Source of the DNA: Gemmatimonadales bacterium
GTDB lineage: Bacteria; Gemmatimonadota; Gemmatimonadetes; Gemmatimonadales; GWC2-71-9
Length of the DNA: 17,855 nucleotides
Assembly: GCA_041577295.1 (NCBI GenBank)
Contig: JBFGJG010000067.1
Location: 1 to 17,855, forward strand
Direction of reading: 5' to 3'
Positions 1 to 8,951 of this stretch are shown here, in pieces. Position numbers and translations under genes: made by a program. Each line of letters starts with the position of its first letter. Positions within the stretch are counted from its first letter, which is position 1. The notes beneath the pieces are model-generated. The model was not told where the DNA came from, ran no database searches, and saw only the letters and a list, made by a program, of their open reading frames with translations.

Positions 1-1
1 C

Positions 2-655
2 CTGGACAATCGAGAGGTGGCGTGCGCGTCCAACCTGCTGGTCCTGGCGGTCAAACCGCAAATCGCGCATGGGGTGCTGGAGGAGATCGCCGAGGTGGTG
101 GCACGGGATACGGTGTTGGTGTCGATCATCGCGGGTTTGAGCATCAAGGGGATTCAACAAGGGCTCGGTCGATCCCAGCCTGTGGTCCGCACCATGCCCA
201 ACACACCGGCGCTCGTGCTCGAGGCAGCGACCGCAATCGCATACAACGGGAGTGTAACGGAGGACCAACTGGAGCGCGTGCGTCGCATGTTCTCAGCGCT
301 CGGCAAGATCGTGGTTGTCGAGGAGGCGCAGATGAACGCGGTGACCGGCCTCAGCGGCAGTGGACCGGCCTACGTCTTTCTCACGATCGATGCCCTTGCG
401 GACGCGGGTGTTCGCGTTGGCTTGTCCCGCGAGGAGGCGCTGATCCTGGCCGCGCAGACGGTGTTGGGTGCGGCGCGTCTCATGCTCGAGACCGGCGAAC
501 ACCCCGGCCGTCTCAAAGATATGGTGACGTCTCCGGGGGGCACGGCTATCGCCGGCGTCGCAACCCTGGAAGCGGGAGGGCTCCGCACCACGCTCATCCG
601 AGCCGTCGAGGCCGCGACCCAGCGCTGTGCGGAGCTGGGCAAGGCAGCCGAGTGA
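2..655 (+). CDS. proC: Pyrroline-5-carboxylate reductase, 5'-truncated by the window edge
   Basis: Frame is open from position 2. ProC motifs LAVKPQ, VSIIAG, VRTMPNTP, GLSGSGPAYVF and VTSPGGT(A)IAG are present. TGA stop at 653-655. Confidence 0.96.
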   Translation: MDNREVACASNLLVLAVKPQIAHGVLEEIAEVVARDTVLVSIIAGLSIKGIQQGLGRSQPVVRTMPNTPALVLEAATAIAYNGSVTEDQLERVRRMFSALGKIVVVEEAQMNAVTGLSGSGPAYVFLTIDALADAGVRVGLSREEALILAAQTVLGAARLMLETGEHPGRLKDMVTSPGGTAIAGVATLEAGGLRTTLIRAVEAATQRCAELGKAAE

Positions 656-2023
656 TTACTTGATCCAGACGGATTTGATGTTGACGAATTCCCGAATACC
701 GTAGTGCGATAGCTCGCGACCGTAACCACTTTCCTTGATCCCGCCGAACGGCAACCGCGGGTCCGATTTCACAAACGCGTTGACAAAGCAACATCCTGCT
801 TCGAGCTGCTCCGTCGCGATCCGCTCGCCGCGGGCCGTATCGCGGGTGAAGACGGCAGCACCCAGCCCGAACACCGAATCGTTGGCAACCTTGATCGCCT
901 GACGCTCGGTCCGGACCGGAATTATGGCCGCCACGGGACCGAACAGCTCCTCATCGTATGCGGGCATTCCTTTCTTGACGTCCGTGAGCACGGTCGGTGG
1001 ATAAAAAGCCCCCGCGCCAGCGGGGATCTCGCCACCTAGGAGACAGCGAGCGCCTTTCTCGATGCTGCGCACGACCTGTTGGTGCAGCTCGTCACGCAAG
1101 TCCTTTCTCGCCTGGGGCCCGACCTCGGTAGCTGGATCGAGCGGGTCACCCATCTTGGCCTTCCGCATGCGCTCGACGAATTTCTGCTCGAACTCCTCGC
1201 GGCACTGCTCCACCACGATGAAGCGCTTGGCGGCGATGCAGCTCTGTCCCGAATTGATTAACCGGCTCGTGACGCAGCTGTTCACTGCGGCTTCGATATC
1301 GGCGTCGCTGAGAATGAGGTAGGGATCTGAGCCACCGAGCTCGAGGACAGTTTTCTTGAGCGCTTTTCCGGCTCGTTGTGCGACCGCCCGTCCAGCAGGC
1401 GTGCTTCCCGTGAGCGTGACGGCCCTCACCAGCTTGTTGCGAATGATCTTGGCTACCTGATCACTTCCGACCAGCACGCTGCGAAAGAGGTCTTCCGGGA
1501 ATCCCGCCGTGCGAAAGATCTCCTCGATCGCCACAGCACAGCCTGGCACATTCGATGCGTGCTTCAAGATCCCGGCGTTGCCGGCCATGAGAGCGGGTGC
1601 AGCGAACCGAAAGACTTGCCAGAATGGAAAGTTCCACGGCATCACCGCCAGGATGACACCTAACGGCTGGAAGGTCACAAAGCTCTTGTCGGCGTCGGTC
1701 GAGATGAATTCGGGTTGCAGGAATCTTTCGGCGTTCTCCGCGTAGTACTCACATACCCATGCGCACTTCTCCGCTTCGCTCTTTCCCTCGTTGATGGGTT
1801 TGCCCATTTCTTCCGCCATGAGCCGTGCGTACTCGTCCGCTCGCCGGCGGAGGATTCCGGCCGCGGCTTGCATGAGAATCGCCCGATCGTGGAAGTCGGT
1901 GGTGCGCCACTTCTGGTGGGCTGAATGCGCAGCACGCACGATCCGCGTAAGCTCTTTTGGATCTGTCTCGGGATACTCGTGGGTCTGCTGATCCGTTGCC
2001 GGGTTGATCGCGGCGATGGTCAT
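656..2023 (-). CDS. NAD(P)-dependent succinate-semialdehyde dehydrogenase-like aldehyde dehydrogenase (Sad/GabD type), 455 aa
   Basis: ALDH motifs: MPWNFPFWQ, LKHASN, TLTGSTPAG, catalytic Glu in LELGGSDP, catalytic Cys in NSGQSCIAAKR, EELFGP and PFGGIKESGYGRE. SD-like AAAGGAAG upstream of the ATG. Confidence 0.9.
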   Translation of the reverse strand: MTIAAINPATDQQTHEYPETDPKELTRIVRAAHSAHQKWRTTDFHDRAILMQAAAGILRRRADEYARLMAEEMGKPINEGKSEAEKCAWVCEYYAENAERFLQPEFISTDADKSFVTFQPLGVILAVMPWNFPFWQVFRFAAPALMAGNAGILKHASNVPGCAVAIEEIFRTAGFPEDLFRSVLVGSDQVAKIIRNKLVRAVTLTGSTPAGRAVAQRAGKALKKTVLELGGSDPYLILSDADIEAAVNSCVTSRLINSGQSCIAAKRFIVVEQCREEFEQKFVERMRKAKMGDPLDPATEVGPQARKDLRDELHQQVVRSIEKGARCLLGGEIPAGAGAFYPPTVLTDVKKGMPAYDEELFGPVAAIIPVRTERQAIKVANDSVFGLGAAVFTRDTARGERIATEQLEAGCCFVNAFVKSDPRLPFGGIKESGYGRELSHYGIREFVNIKSVWIK

Positions 2024-2115
2024 GGTGCTTCCTTTCTTCTTATATACGAGCGTGTCGCGACGCTCAAAGGTCGTGTGCTACGATCTCGTCAACATCACGG
2101 CGTCTGTACATTTCG

Positions 2116-3573
2116 CTACAGGGTCCCACCGTTTGCGTACTCCTCCAGAATGAGATAGGCACGTTCTCGTTCGGGCACTTGCTGTCGGAGTTTACGGGCA
2201 GCGAGCCAAAAGACTATCCCCAACGCAGCGAATGCCGCGAGGATTACAATCTCGATCGGCCACGTGAGTGCCGCCGGGCTCCCGGGAATGATCATGACGG
2301 CCAGGATAAATAGCGAGCCCGCTACCGCGATTGCAGGAATCGTAGCACCCCCGGGAATGCGGTAGGGCCGCGTCGCGTCCGGAAATCGCCGGCGCAACGT
2401 CATGACCGAGAACGCGACGCCAAGGAATGCCACGCCGATACAGAAGGAACCCACATCCACAAACGCGATCAACGCATCCCGCCCAAACAGCGGAGCTGCC
2501 ACCGTGACGACTCCGGTGAGCACCACTGCGCGATGCGGTGTACCGAACCGGGGATGTGTCTCGCCAAGCGCGGCAGGAACGATCTGGCCCCGTCCGAGCG
2601 AGAAGAGTACCCGCGATCCCGCCAGGAAGAACCCGTTCCAGCTCGTGAGCAGGCCGATCAACGCGGCGATGAGGACGAGGTTGGTCCACACCGGTGACGC
2701 GAAGGCCAGGGCAAACGCGCGGGCAGTCGGTAGCTCTGTCTCGACGATGGCTTGCCACGGCCCGGTCATAGCGACGCTCAAGATCAATACGATATAGAAG
2801 ATCGTGGCGCTCACGATCGCCAAAACGATCATGCTTCCGAGTTTGCGTGGTTGCACGGAAGCGCTTGCCTCCTCGGCCCCCTGGGGAATCGTGTCAAAGC
2901 CCACGAACCAGAACGGCACGGTCACGAAGACCGCAAGTATGCCCGCCAGTGCCCCTTGTTCCGCAGACGACGACACGAGCGGCCGTACGTTGGCGAGCGT
3001 CCCGCTCACCATTCCCGCTCCGATGAACAACACCGTGATGGAGAGGAACCCGATGATCAGCCACTTCTGAAACGCGGCGGCTCGGGCAACGCCGAGATAG
3101 TTGATTGCGGTGATCAACGCTGTGAACACCACAGCCAGCGCGACGTGAGTCAGGTACACGGGGTCCCCCCCGACGTGATACAGCGCCCAGCGGTCGATGG
3201 TGGGGAATATGTAGCTCAACACGCGGCCGACGGAGATCGCTTCGAACGCCGACACCGAGATGTAGCCGAACGCGAGAAACCAACCAACGAGGAACGCCTT
3301 GCCTGTTCCGTACGCCTTGTATGCGTAGGCGACCTCGCCACCCGCCACCGGCAGCATGGGTGTCACCTCCGCGTAGCAGAGCCCGATACTCAGCATCACC
3401 AGGCCCCCAATCGCGAAGGCGAGCATGGCTCCGCCTGGGCCAGCACGCTCCAACCAACTTCCCAAGGCGGTCACCCACCCCACTCCTATCATGGAGCCGA
3501 ACGCGAGGGCGAAAAAACCGAATAGACCGAGACGGCGTGCGAGGCGGTGTCGAGCTGGAGGGCCGGTGGTCAT
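2116..3573 (-). CDS. APC-superfamily amino acid/polyamine permease, 485 aa (start revised from 3726 to 3573)
   Basis: About 12 hydrophobic segments. APC motifs FGSMIGVGW (TM1), GGEVAYAYKAYG, FVGFDTIPQGAEE, HPRFGTPH and RPYRIPGG. The ATG at 3573 overlaps the upstream TGA as ATGA, and the longer ORF extension lies inside the C45 gene. Confidence 0.92.
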   Translation of the reverse strand: MTTGPPARHRLARRLGLFGFFALAFGSMIGVGWVTALGSWLERAGPGGAMLAFAIGGLVMLSIGLCYAEVTPMLPVAGGEVAYAYKAYGTGKAFLVGWFLAFGYISVSAFEAISVGRVLSYIFPTIDRWALYHVGGDPVYLTHVALAVVFTALITAINYLGVARAAAFQKWLIIGFLSITVLFIGAGMVSGTLANVRPLVSSSAEQGALAGILAVFVTVPFWFVGFDTIPQGAEEASASVQPRKLGSMIVLAIVSATIFYIVLILSVAMTGPWQAIVETELPTARAFALAFASPVWTNLVLIAALIGLLTSWNGFFLAGSRVLFSLGRGQIVPAALGETHPRFGTPHRAVVLTGVVTVAAPLFGRDALIAFVDVGSFCIGVAFLGVAFSVMTLRRRFPDATRPYRIPGGATIPAIAVAGSLFILAVMIIPGSPAALTWPIEIVILAAFAALGIVFWLAARKLRQQVPERERAYLILEEYANGGTL

Positions 3574-4565
3574 CCAATGCCTTCTGATGCGCGTGCTGCC
3601 CGGAACTCGATGGCGAACTCCGTGGGTTGAAAGTGAGCAAACGATTGGTGGAGCATTCGCTCCGGCCACCGATAGAACGCGTCGCGCTGGTCCGTCCGAT
3701 AGACCGCGGTGTACAGGGTACCCCAACCATGGTCGAAGCGACGTGAGTACAGCGGTGGCGCGAGGAACCGCGCGACGAAGCCCTCAGCCGTCTCGACTGG
3801 GTCGTCCAATCGCTCTAGCAGAAACCGCTCGCGCTCCACGCTTCCTGTCGCCGTGGCGTGATGTGGCCAGTCAACACGCTCCTGGTGATTGGTCGCCACC
3901 GGGCGGTCAGTGGCGCGGGCGGCACCGCCCGGCTCCGTGTAGACGGTTTGATAATGACCGGTGGCATCGACCACCGTCACGTTGTAGGCCATGTGTGCGG
4001 GGACTCGTTTGAGTGCCGCGACGGCTTCAGCCGTCGTCTCGTGAAACTCGAGGACGTAGCGCAGGACCAGGGGAATGCCAAAGCCAACCCCCACCTCACG
4101 CCGGCCTCCGAACGACAAGGAGACCGCGAGACCAGCGTCGTTCACGCCATCCAAGACACCCCACAGGCAGTCGGTCATGGCGATCACCCGCCGTCCGTTC
4201 CACGCGCTGTGTAACAGAATGGCGTCCCACAATCGGGGGCTGTAGTCGTAGTTTCGCACGAGAAAATGCTCGCCACGGTTCCACGCGGCCTGAGAGCAAC
4301 CTGCGAGATACGGAGTGGGTTGGTAGAGGCTGAGAAAGCGCGCTGCCACATCGCCGCCACCCGCCAAATCGACCAACCGCTCGTAGGTGGGCAACAACTC
4401 AGGCATGTAATCCCGCAGGGCGCGCACGGAAGCCAAGTAGGTGGGTCGTGCGGCGTCACCTTCCAGTAAGAACCACTCGCGGTACCGGGGCCACAGACGC
4501 GCAAACTCCAAGGCCCACGTAGGTCCCGGCGTGAGCTCTTCAATCGCCCGGATGAGGCGGTGCAT
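3570..4565 (-). CDS. C45-family autoproteolytic Ntn-hydrolase/acyltransferase (isopenicillin-N acyltransferase/Tan-like), 331 aa
   Basis: Gly-Cys autocleavage site GCSQ (Cys90), followed by VRNYDY, LDGVNDAGL, YNVTVVD, ATNHQ and GTLYTAVY, which are typical of this Ntn family. Confidence 0.85.
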   Translation of the reverse strand: MHRLIRAIEELTPGPTWALEFARLWPRYREWFLLEGDAARPTYLASVRALRDYMPELLPTYERLVDLAGGGDVAARFLSLYQPTPYLAGCSQAAWNRGEHFLVRNYDYSPRLWDAILLHSAWNGRRVIAMTDCLWGVLDGVNDAGLAVSLSFGGRREVGVGFGIPLVLRYVLEFHETTAEAVAALKRVPAHMAYNVTVVDATGHYQTVYTEPGGAARATDRPVATNHQERVDWPHHATATGSVERERFLLERLDDPVETAEGFVARFLAPPLYSRRFDHGWGTLYTAVYRTDQRDAFYRWPERMLHQSFAHFQPTEFAIEFRAARASEGIG

Positions 4566-4574
4566 CCAGCGACG

Positions 4575-6110
4575 TTAGAGAATCTTGAAGTTGCCGACTT
4601 CCGCTACGTGCTCAGCAGCGGCGGTTTCCGCAGGCTCGATGGACCGGCTTTGATAGTGAGCACGAATCCCCCGGATCCACGCTCGGGCGCGGTCGTTGAG
4701 CGTATGATCTTCGTTCATGAGTCGGCCGGGGGTGATCAGGATTCCCAGATCTGCGCCCTCGTACAGATAGTCTCCCTCTTTGAGGATCCGCAGAAAGAAA
4801 CCTTCGGTCTCGCTTTCGACGGTTCGTCGGTGGGTTTGCACGCGGACGAACTCGAGGCGACCGTTCGCGTGCATCCGCCACACCCCGGACGGCGGAGCGG
4901 AGGTTACCAGCTCGACCGTATCCTCGGTGTGCTTCATCACCAATTGCCCCCACGGATCGATGTTGGCCGGATCGGCCCAGCGGGCATTCAGCTCCTGCAC
5001 GTCGAGCTCAAAATCGATGTCGGACCATTCGAGAAGGTGAAACAGGAATAGGGGCGCATCCGCGTGCGCGAAGGTGGCGAGGTTGGTCATGGCGCTGGCG
5101 CCGGTGATCCTGGGATTCACCTCGCCGAGGTATACTTCCCCGGTGTCCATGTCCATCAGGAAATCCAGCTCGAAGTATCCGCGGTATCCCATACTTCGGA
5201 GTTCCTCGCCAAAGGCAAACGTCTTGTCCCGCGCGTCATCGCGAACCTTTCGTGAGAACGCCTCCGCATTGACCTCGTTCCCGCACCAGCCACCGCGGTA
5301 CGGCGTCAACTCCTTGAATCCGACGAGCTCGGTCATCAACGGCCCAACGATCGTTCCGTGCCGCGTCACGCAGGCCTCGAGCGCCGAGCCCCGACACCGA
5401 ACCCGCTTCATGATCTTGACTTCGGGTTCGGCGGCGATCTCTTCGGCGTGCTTCTGATAATCGCGTTCGTTCGCAATAAAGAAAGTGGTATGACCAGAGT
5501 CACCGAACGCCGTCTGAATGACGAGATCGTTTCCGAGCGGTCTACTCATGCGTCGCAGATCCTCATAGGTCTGCACCTTGGCGAGGACGTTGGGGACGCT
5601 GGGCACGCCCGCCCGGTCACCGATCCGCGTAGCGGAGATCTTGTCATCGACTGTGCGCCGCAGCGATGCCGGAGGAAAGCACACCGTCAGCCCGAGCTCG
5701 CGACACAATTCCTCGGTGTGCTCATCGAAAAAGAGAAACACCGCCTTGCCGCCGGGGCCGCGCCCCTTGATGAAGTCGACGACTTCCTTGTGTTCGAGGA
5801 GGTAGTTGTTGATGTCCTCGATACCCGTGAAGGGGCGATGGGGAATCTCCGATGGAACGAAGACGTTGGGGTGGTGGCCGTCAAAACAGTCGATGTAGTT
5901 GATGAACCGAAAGTTTCGCACCCACTCATCGATGCCGATCAGATTGAAGTTCGTGGCACTGATGAAATAGATCGGCGTCTCATTACGATGAAAGTACCGG
6001 CGGATGTCCGAAATGCCGTTGAGCAACGGCTTACTCGATTTCCTCGTCTTGCTCGGTAACCGGCGGCGCACCGTGCTCCGTTTGTTTGATCTGCGCGATT
6101 TCGCTCCCAT
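4575..6110 (-). CDS. Uncharacterised ATP-grasp ligase (family often annotated 'biotin carboxylase'), 511 aa
   Basis: ATP-grasp elements: DDK..TR, glycine loop FGDSGHTTFFI, WCGNE, RGYFELDFL and metal-binding GEVNPR (E-x-N-x-R). It lacks the biotin carboxylase N-terminal ANRGEIA motif. Its ATG overlaps the upstream TAA as TAATG at 6108-6112. Confidence 0.8.
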   Translation of the reverse strand: MGAKSRRSNKRSTVRRRLPSKTRKSSKPLLNGISDIRRYFHRNETPIYFISATNFNLIGIDEWVRNFRFINYIDCFDGHHPNVFVPSEIPHRPFTGIEDINNYLLEHKEVVDFIKGRGPGGKAVFLFFDEHTEELCRELGLTVCFPPASLRRTVDDKISATRIGDRAGVPSVPNVLAKVQTYEDLRRMSRPLGNDLVIQTAFGDSGHTTFFIANERDYQKHAEEIAAEPEVKIMKRVRCRGSALEACVTRHGTIVGPLMTELVGFKELTPYRGGWCGNEVNAEAFSRKVRDDARDKTFAFGEELRSMGYRGYFELDFLMDMDTGEVYLGEVNPRITGASAMTNLATFAHADAPLFLFHLLEWSDIDFELDVQELNARWADPANIDPWGQLVMKHTEDTVELVTSAPPSGVWRMHANGRLEFVRVQTHRRTVESETEGFFLRILKEGDYLYEGADLGILITPGRLMNEDHTLNDRARAWIRGIRAHYQSRSIEPAETAAAEHVAEVGNFKIL

Positions 6111-8947
6111 TACGTCTTGGCTCCCATCAATCGTTCGCGCCGTTCCACGGCTTCGCGGCGTGTGGAAAATTCGCTGCCCAGCGCCGCGGCGGTGAACACA
6201 CGCAAGCCGTAGTTGGGCTCGTAGCCGTGAATCTCCTTCACGTCCAGCGCTTTGAGGTAGTTCAGGATGTCGTTGGTGATCACCTGCCCGGGGACGAGAA
6301 CGGGGAAGCCAGGCGGGTAGGGCGTGACGAATGTCGCCGAGACGACCTCTCTGCCCGATTCGACCGCTGCTGTAAGCGAGCCATCGAGTTTGAGATACTC
6401 GCAGGCTTTGTCGTCGTATGCGAGGAAGAAGGCGTCACGCATGTTTCCTTCGGGTGTGGTGCTATTGGGTGTGGTGAGAAACGCCCGATGAAACCGGCTG
6501 AAGTTTGGCAGCGGAGGAAGATCTTGCGTTAATGAGCGCACCCGCTGCTCGAGCATGCGCTGCTCGACGGCGCTCTGGTGATCCTGCTTCTCCGCTAGCT
6601 CTTCGGCGATGCGGGTCAAGACCTTCACCAGATGCGCCACCATGCCACGGGTCATACCGATGTGGATCATGAACAGGACGGTATTTCGCGAGGTCTTGTT
6701 GATCTGGATATCGAAGCGATCCATCAAGAGCTTCTTGAAGGTGTCGCCGTCCATGCCAGTCCGTCCAACATCGACAGTCACTCGTGTCGGATCGAGGACG
6801 AACTCATCCGCGTGCCACGCTTCCTCCATCAAGTGCCAGCCGGTCTCGGGGTTGTAGTAGTACTCCAATCCCGACGGGCGGAACGGGGGCGGCACCATCT
6901 CCGCTGGTCCGAGAACGCGAAAGTAGCGGCGAAGGAGTGAATCGATGTGAATGCGCTCTCGGAGCGCCATGGCCAGCTCGACGCTGCGTTGCACCAACTC
7001 ATAACCTTCGAGCTCGACCTGGCGTCTTCCGACATCGAGCGACGCGAGGATCTGATAATTGGGCGAGGTCGACGTATGGGTCATGTACGCTTCGTCGAAC
7101 ACGTTGCGGACGCCCTGTTCGAAATCTTGGTCATTGACGTGGATCATGGATCCCTGGCGGAGCGACGTCAGAGTCTTGTGTGTCGAGTGCGTCGCGTACA
7201 CACGGACCCGAACCTGCTGGGGATCGGGTAGCAACTTGCGATCCACCCACGTGGCTTCGTCGTCCGGGTCCAGTTGGTCGAAGCCTTCCTTCCAGGCCCG
7301 GTACCCCTCGGCGTACTCCGGGCTGCGAAAGCGCGTGCGGAGCCGGCGCGTCGCTTCCATCGCCGTACGGCTGCGCAACGTTGGAAGAAAGCGGCCGTAC
7401 GCAAACCATGCTTCGTCCCACACGAAGACCATGTCGGGCTTGATGGCGAGCACTTCCTCCATGACCCGCTCGGGGTCGTACGTCACCCCATCGAAGGTGA
7501 TGTTGGTGAGCAACAGCATCTTCACCCGGTCCAACTTGCCGGCCTGCTTGAGTCGGAAGAGGTGGCGCTTGATCTCCGACAGCGGCACCGCCCCGTACAT
7601 CGAGTACTGCTGCAGCGGATATGCATCTAGGTACACCGGTTTCGCCCCCGCGAGCAGCACGGCGTAGTGATGCGATTTGTGACAGTCGTGCGAGACCAGC
7701 ACAATATCCCCCGGCCGTATCAGCGCTTGCAGCACGATCTTGTTGGCCGTTGACGTCCCGTTGGTGACGAAGTACGTCCGCTGGGCACCGAAGGCGCGAG
7801 CGGCCAACCGTTGTGCCTGCTTGAGCGGTCCGTGGGGCTGCAGCAACGAATCGAGCCCCCCGGTCGTCGCGGAGGTCTCTGCCTGAAAGACGTTCGAGCC
7901 ATAGAACTGGCCCATGTCCTGAATCCAGTGGGAGCGGGCGATGGAGTACCCGCGTGAGATGGGAAGCGCATGAAAGACACCTGTTGGCTTGTCGCTGTAA
8001 CGCCGGAGGGCATTGAAGAACGGTGTCTCGTAGCGTTCGTGGATTCCTTTGAGAATGGAGAGGTGGAGATCCTGATAGTTCTCTTGATGATAGAAGATGC
8101 GCCGGTAATCCCTGCTGGCGTCGCCCACCACGTGCTCCACCGCCGCATCGGTGACCAGGAAGAGGTCGAGCTCCGGCCGGAGCGACCGCAACGCCTGGCC
8201 AAGGATGAGACTACGGTCAGTGGCCAGCTGGCGTTCGAGATGCTCCGGGTCCATTCCGAGAATCGTATAGATCTCCCGCAAGAAATCGACGGGGTTTGGC
8301 GATTGGAACGGAAACACGTACCGGATGATACAGCTCTGGATATTGGGGTTCACCATCACCGCGACGAGCGCATCTTCAAACGACCCAACCGTGATCGTTT
8401 CGTAGATGAACGCGTCGTGCGGGCGGCGCAGTTCGAGCACGTGTTGATGGAGCTCCGTCTCCTCCCGCGCGTTCAAGTCGTCCACGAATAGGACCTCGAA
8501 GTAGGGGCGTTTCTCTCTGGCAAGCTGGTTCTGCACGGCCTCGTTGACAGCGCCGACGTTGAGGAGGTGGGCGAAGTCGTGGAGCTGCGAGGTGGAGAGG
8601 TCCAGCCGGCGATAGGCGTTGCTCGTGAGCAGGCGGACGATCCGTACGACCTGCTGCGCGAGGGTTTCGTCATCACCGGCGTCGAAGGTGCGGACGATCT
8701 GGGCGAACGCCGTTTTCCCCGGAAACGCTCCATACCGCTCGATGGTAGCGAGGTACGTCAGAGCGTCGCGACAGCCTGTGCGCAGCGTGTCGCGTTCCGC
8801 CGAATCTTTGGGGAGCCGGCGCAGGCGTCGGGCGTAGTCCCGCACCCGGTTCCAGGTGTCGACGCGCAGGCGCGGCACGTTGTAGAGCGCCGTCGCGGCC
8901 GCACGCTCTCCTCCTTGGTCGCTCTTAGATCTAGGATCCACGATCAT
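6110..8947 (-). CDS. Large PLP-dependent Orn/Lys/Arg-family (fold I, group III) amino acid decarboxylase, ~945 aa, resembling the mycobacterial Rv2531c-like subgroup; substrate uncertain
   Basis: Motifs FHALPISRG, GGLDSLLQP, TYFVTNGTSTANK, CHKSHHY, TFDG, WDEAWFAY, PLP-lysine THSTHKTL, THTSTSPNY, LDPTRVT and PYPPGFPVLVPG. The start is placed at ATG 8947 (SD-like AGGTGAG, 4 nt after the upstream TGA). The ORF-track start at 8977 overlaps the upstream gene. Confidence 0.9.
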   Translation of the reverse strand: MIVDPRSKSDQGGERAAATALYNVPRLRVDTWNRVRDYARRLRRLPKDSAERDTLRTGCRDALTYLATIERYGAFPGKTAFAQIVRTFDAGDDETLAQQVVRIVRLLTSNAYRRLDLSTSQLHDFAHLLNVGAVNEAVQNQLAREKRPYFEVLFVDDLNAREETELHQHVLELRRPHDAFIYETITVGSFEDALVAVMVNPNIQSCIIRYVFPFQSPNPVDFLREIYTILGMDPEHLERQLATDRSLILGQALRSLRPELDLFLVTDAAVEHVVGDASRDYRRIFYHQENYQDLHLSILKGIHERYETPFFNALRRYSDKPTGVFHALPISRGYSIARSHWIQDMGQFYGSNVFQAETSATTGGLDSLLQPHGPLKQAQRLAARAFGAQRTYFVTNGTSTANKIVLQALIRPGDIVLVSHDCHKSHHYAVLLAGAKPVYLDAYPLQQYSMYGAVPLSEIKRHLFRLKQAGKLDRVKMLLLTNITFDGVTYDPERVMEEVLAIKPDMVFVWDEAWFAYGRFLPTLRSRTAMEATRRLRTRFRSPEYAEGYRAWKEGFDQLDPDDEATWVDRKLLPDPQQVRVRVYATHSTHKTLTSLRQGSMIHVNDQDFEQGVRNVFDEAYMTHTSTSPNYQILASLDVGRRQVELEGYELVQRSVELAMALRERIHIDSLLRRYFRVLGPAEMVPPPFRPSGLEYYYNPETGWHLMEEAWHADEFVLDPTRVTVDVGRTGMDGDTFKKLLMDRFDIQINKTSRNTVLFMIHIGMTRGMVAHLVKVLTRIAEELAEKQDHQSAVEQRMLEQRVRSLTQDLPPLPNFSRFHRAFLTTPNSTTPEGNMRDAFFLAYDDKACEYLKLDGSLTAAVESGREVVSATFVTPYPPGFPVLVPGQVITNDILNYLKALDVKEIHGYEPNYGLRVFTAAALGSEFSTRREAVERRERLMGAKT

Positions 8948-8951
8948 TGTC

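Noticed and set aside
22..663. 213-aa ORF in an alternative frame over proC
   Set aside because: Low-complexity R/G/P-rich translation with no motifs, a typical high-GC shadow ORF.
3574..3726. 51-aa N-terminal extension of the permease in the ORF track
   Set aside because: It lies inside the C45 gene. The ATGA overlap at 3570-3573 gives a better start.
4575..6110. Annotation as biotin carboxylase (accC)
   Set aside because: It lacks the ANRGEIA and other biotin carboxylase motifs, and there is no BCCP or carboxyltransferase gene nearby.
8895..8939. Cluster of NotI (8895-8902), BglII (in TAGATCTA 8926-8933) and BamHI (8934-8939) sites resembling a polylinker
   Set aside because: It sits in-frame within the decarboxylase 5' end with native gene spacing and no vector sequence, so it is likely chance.
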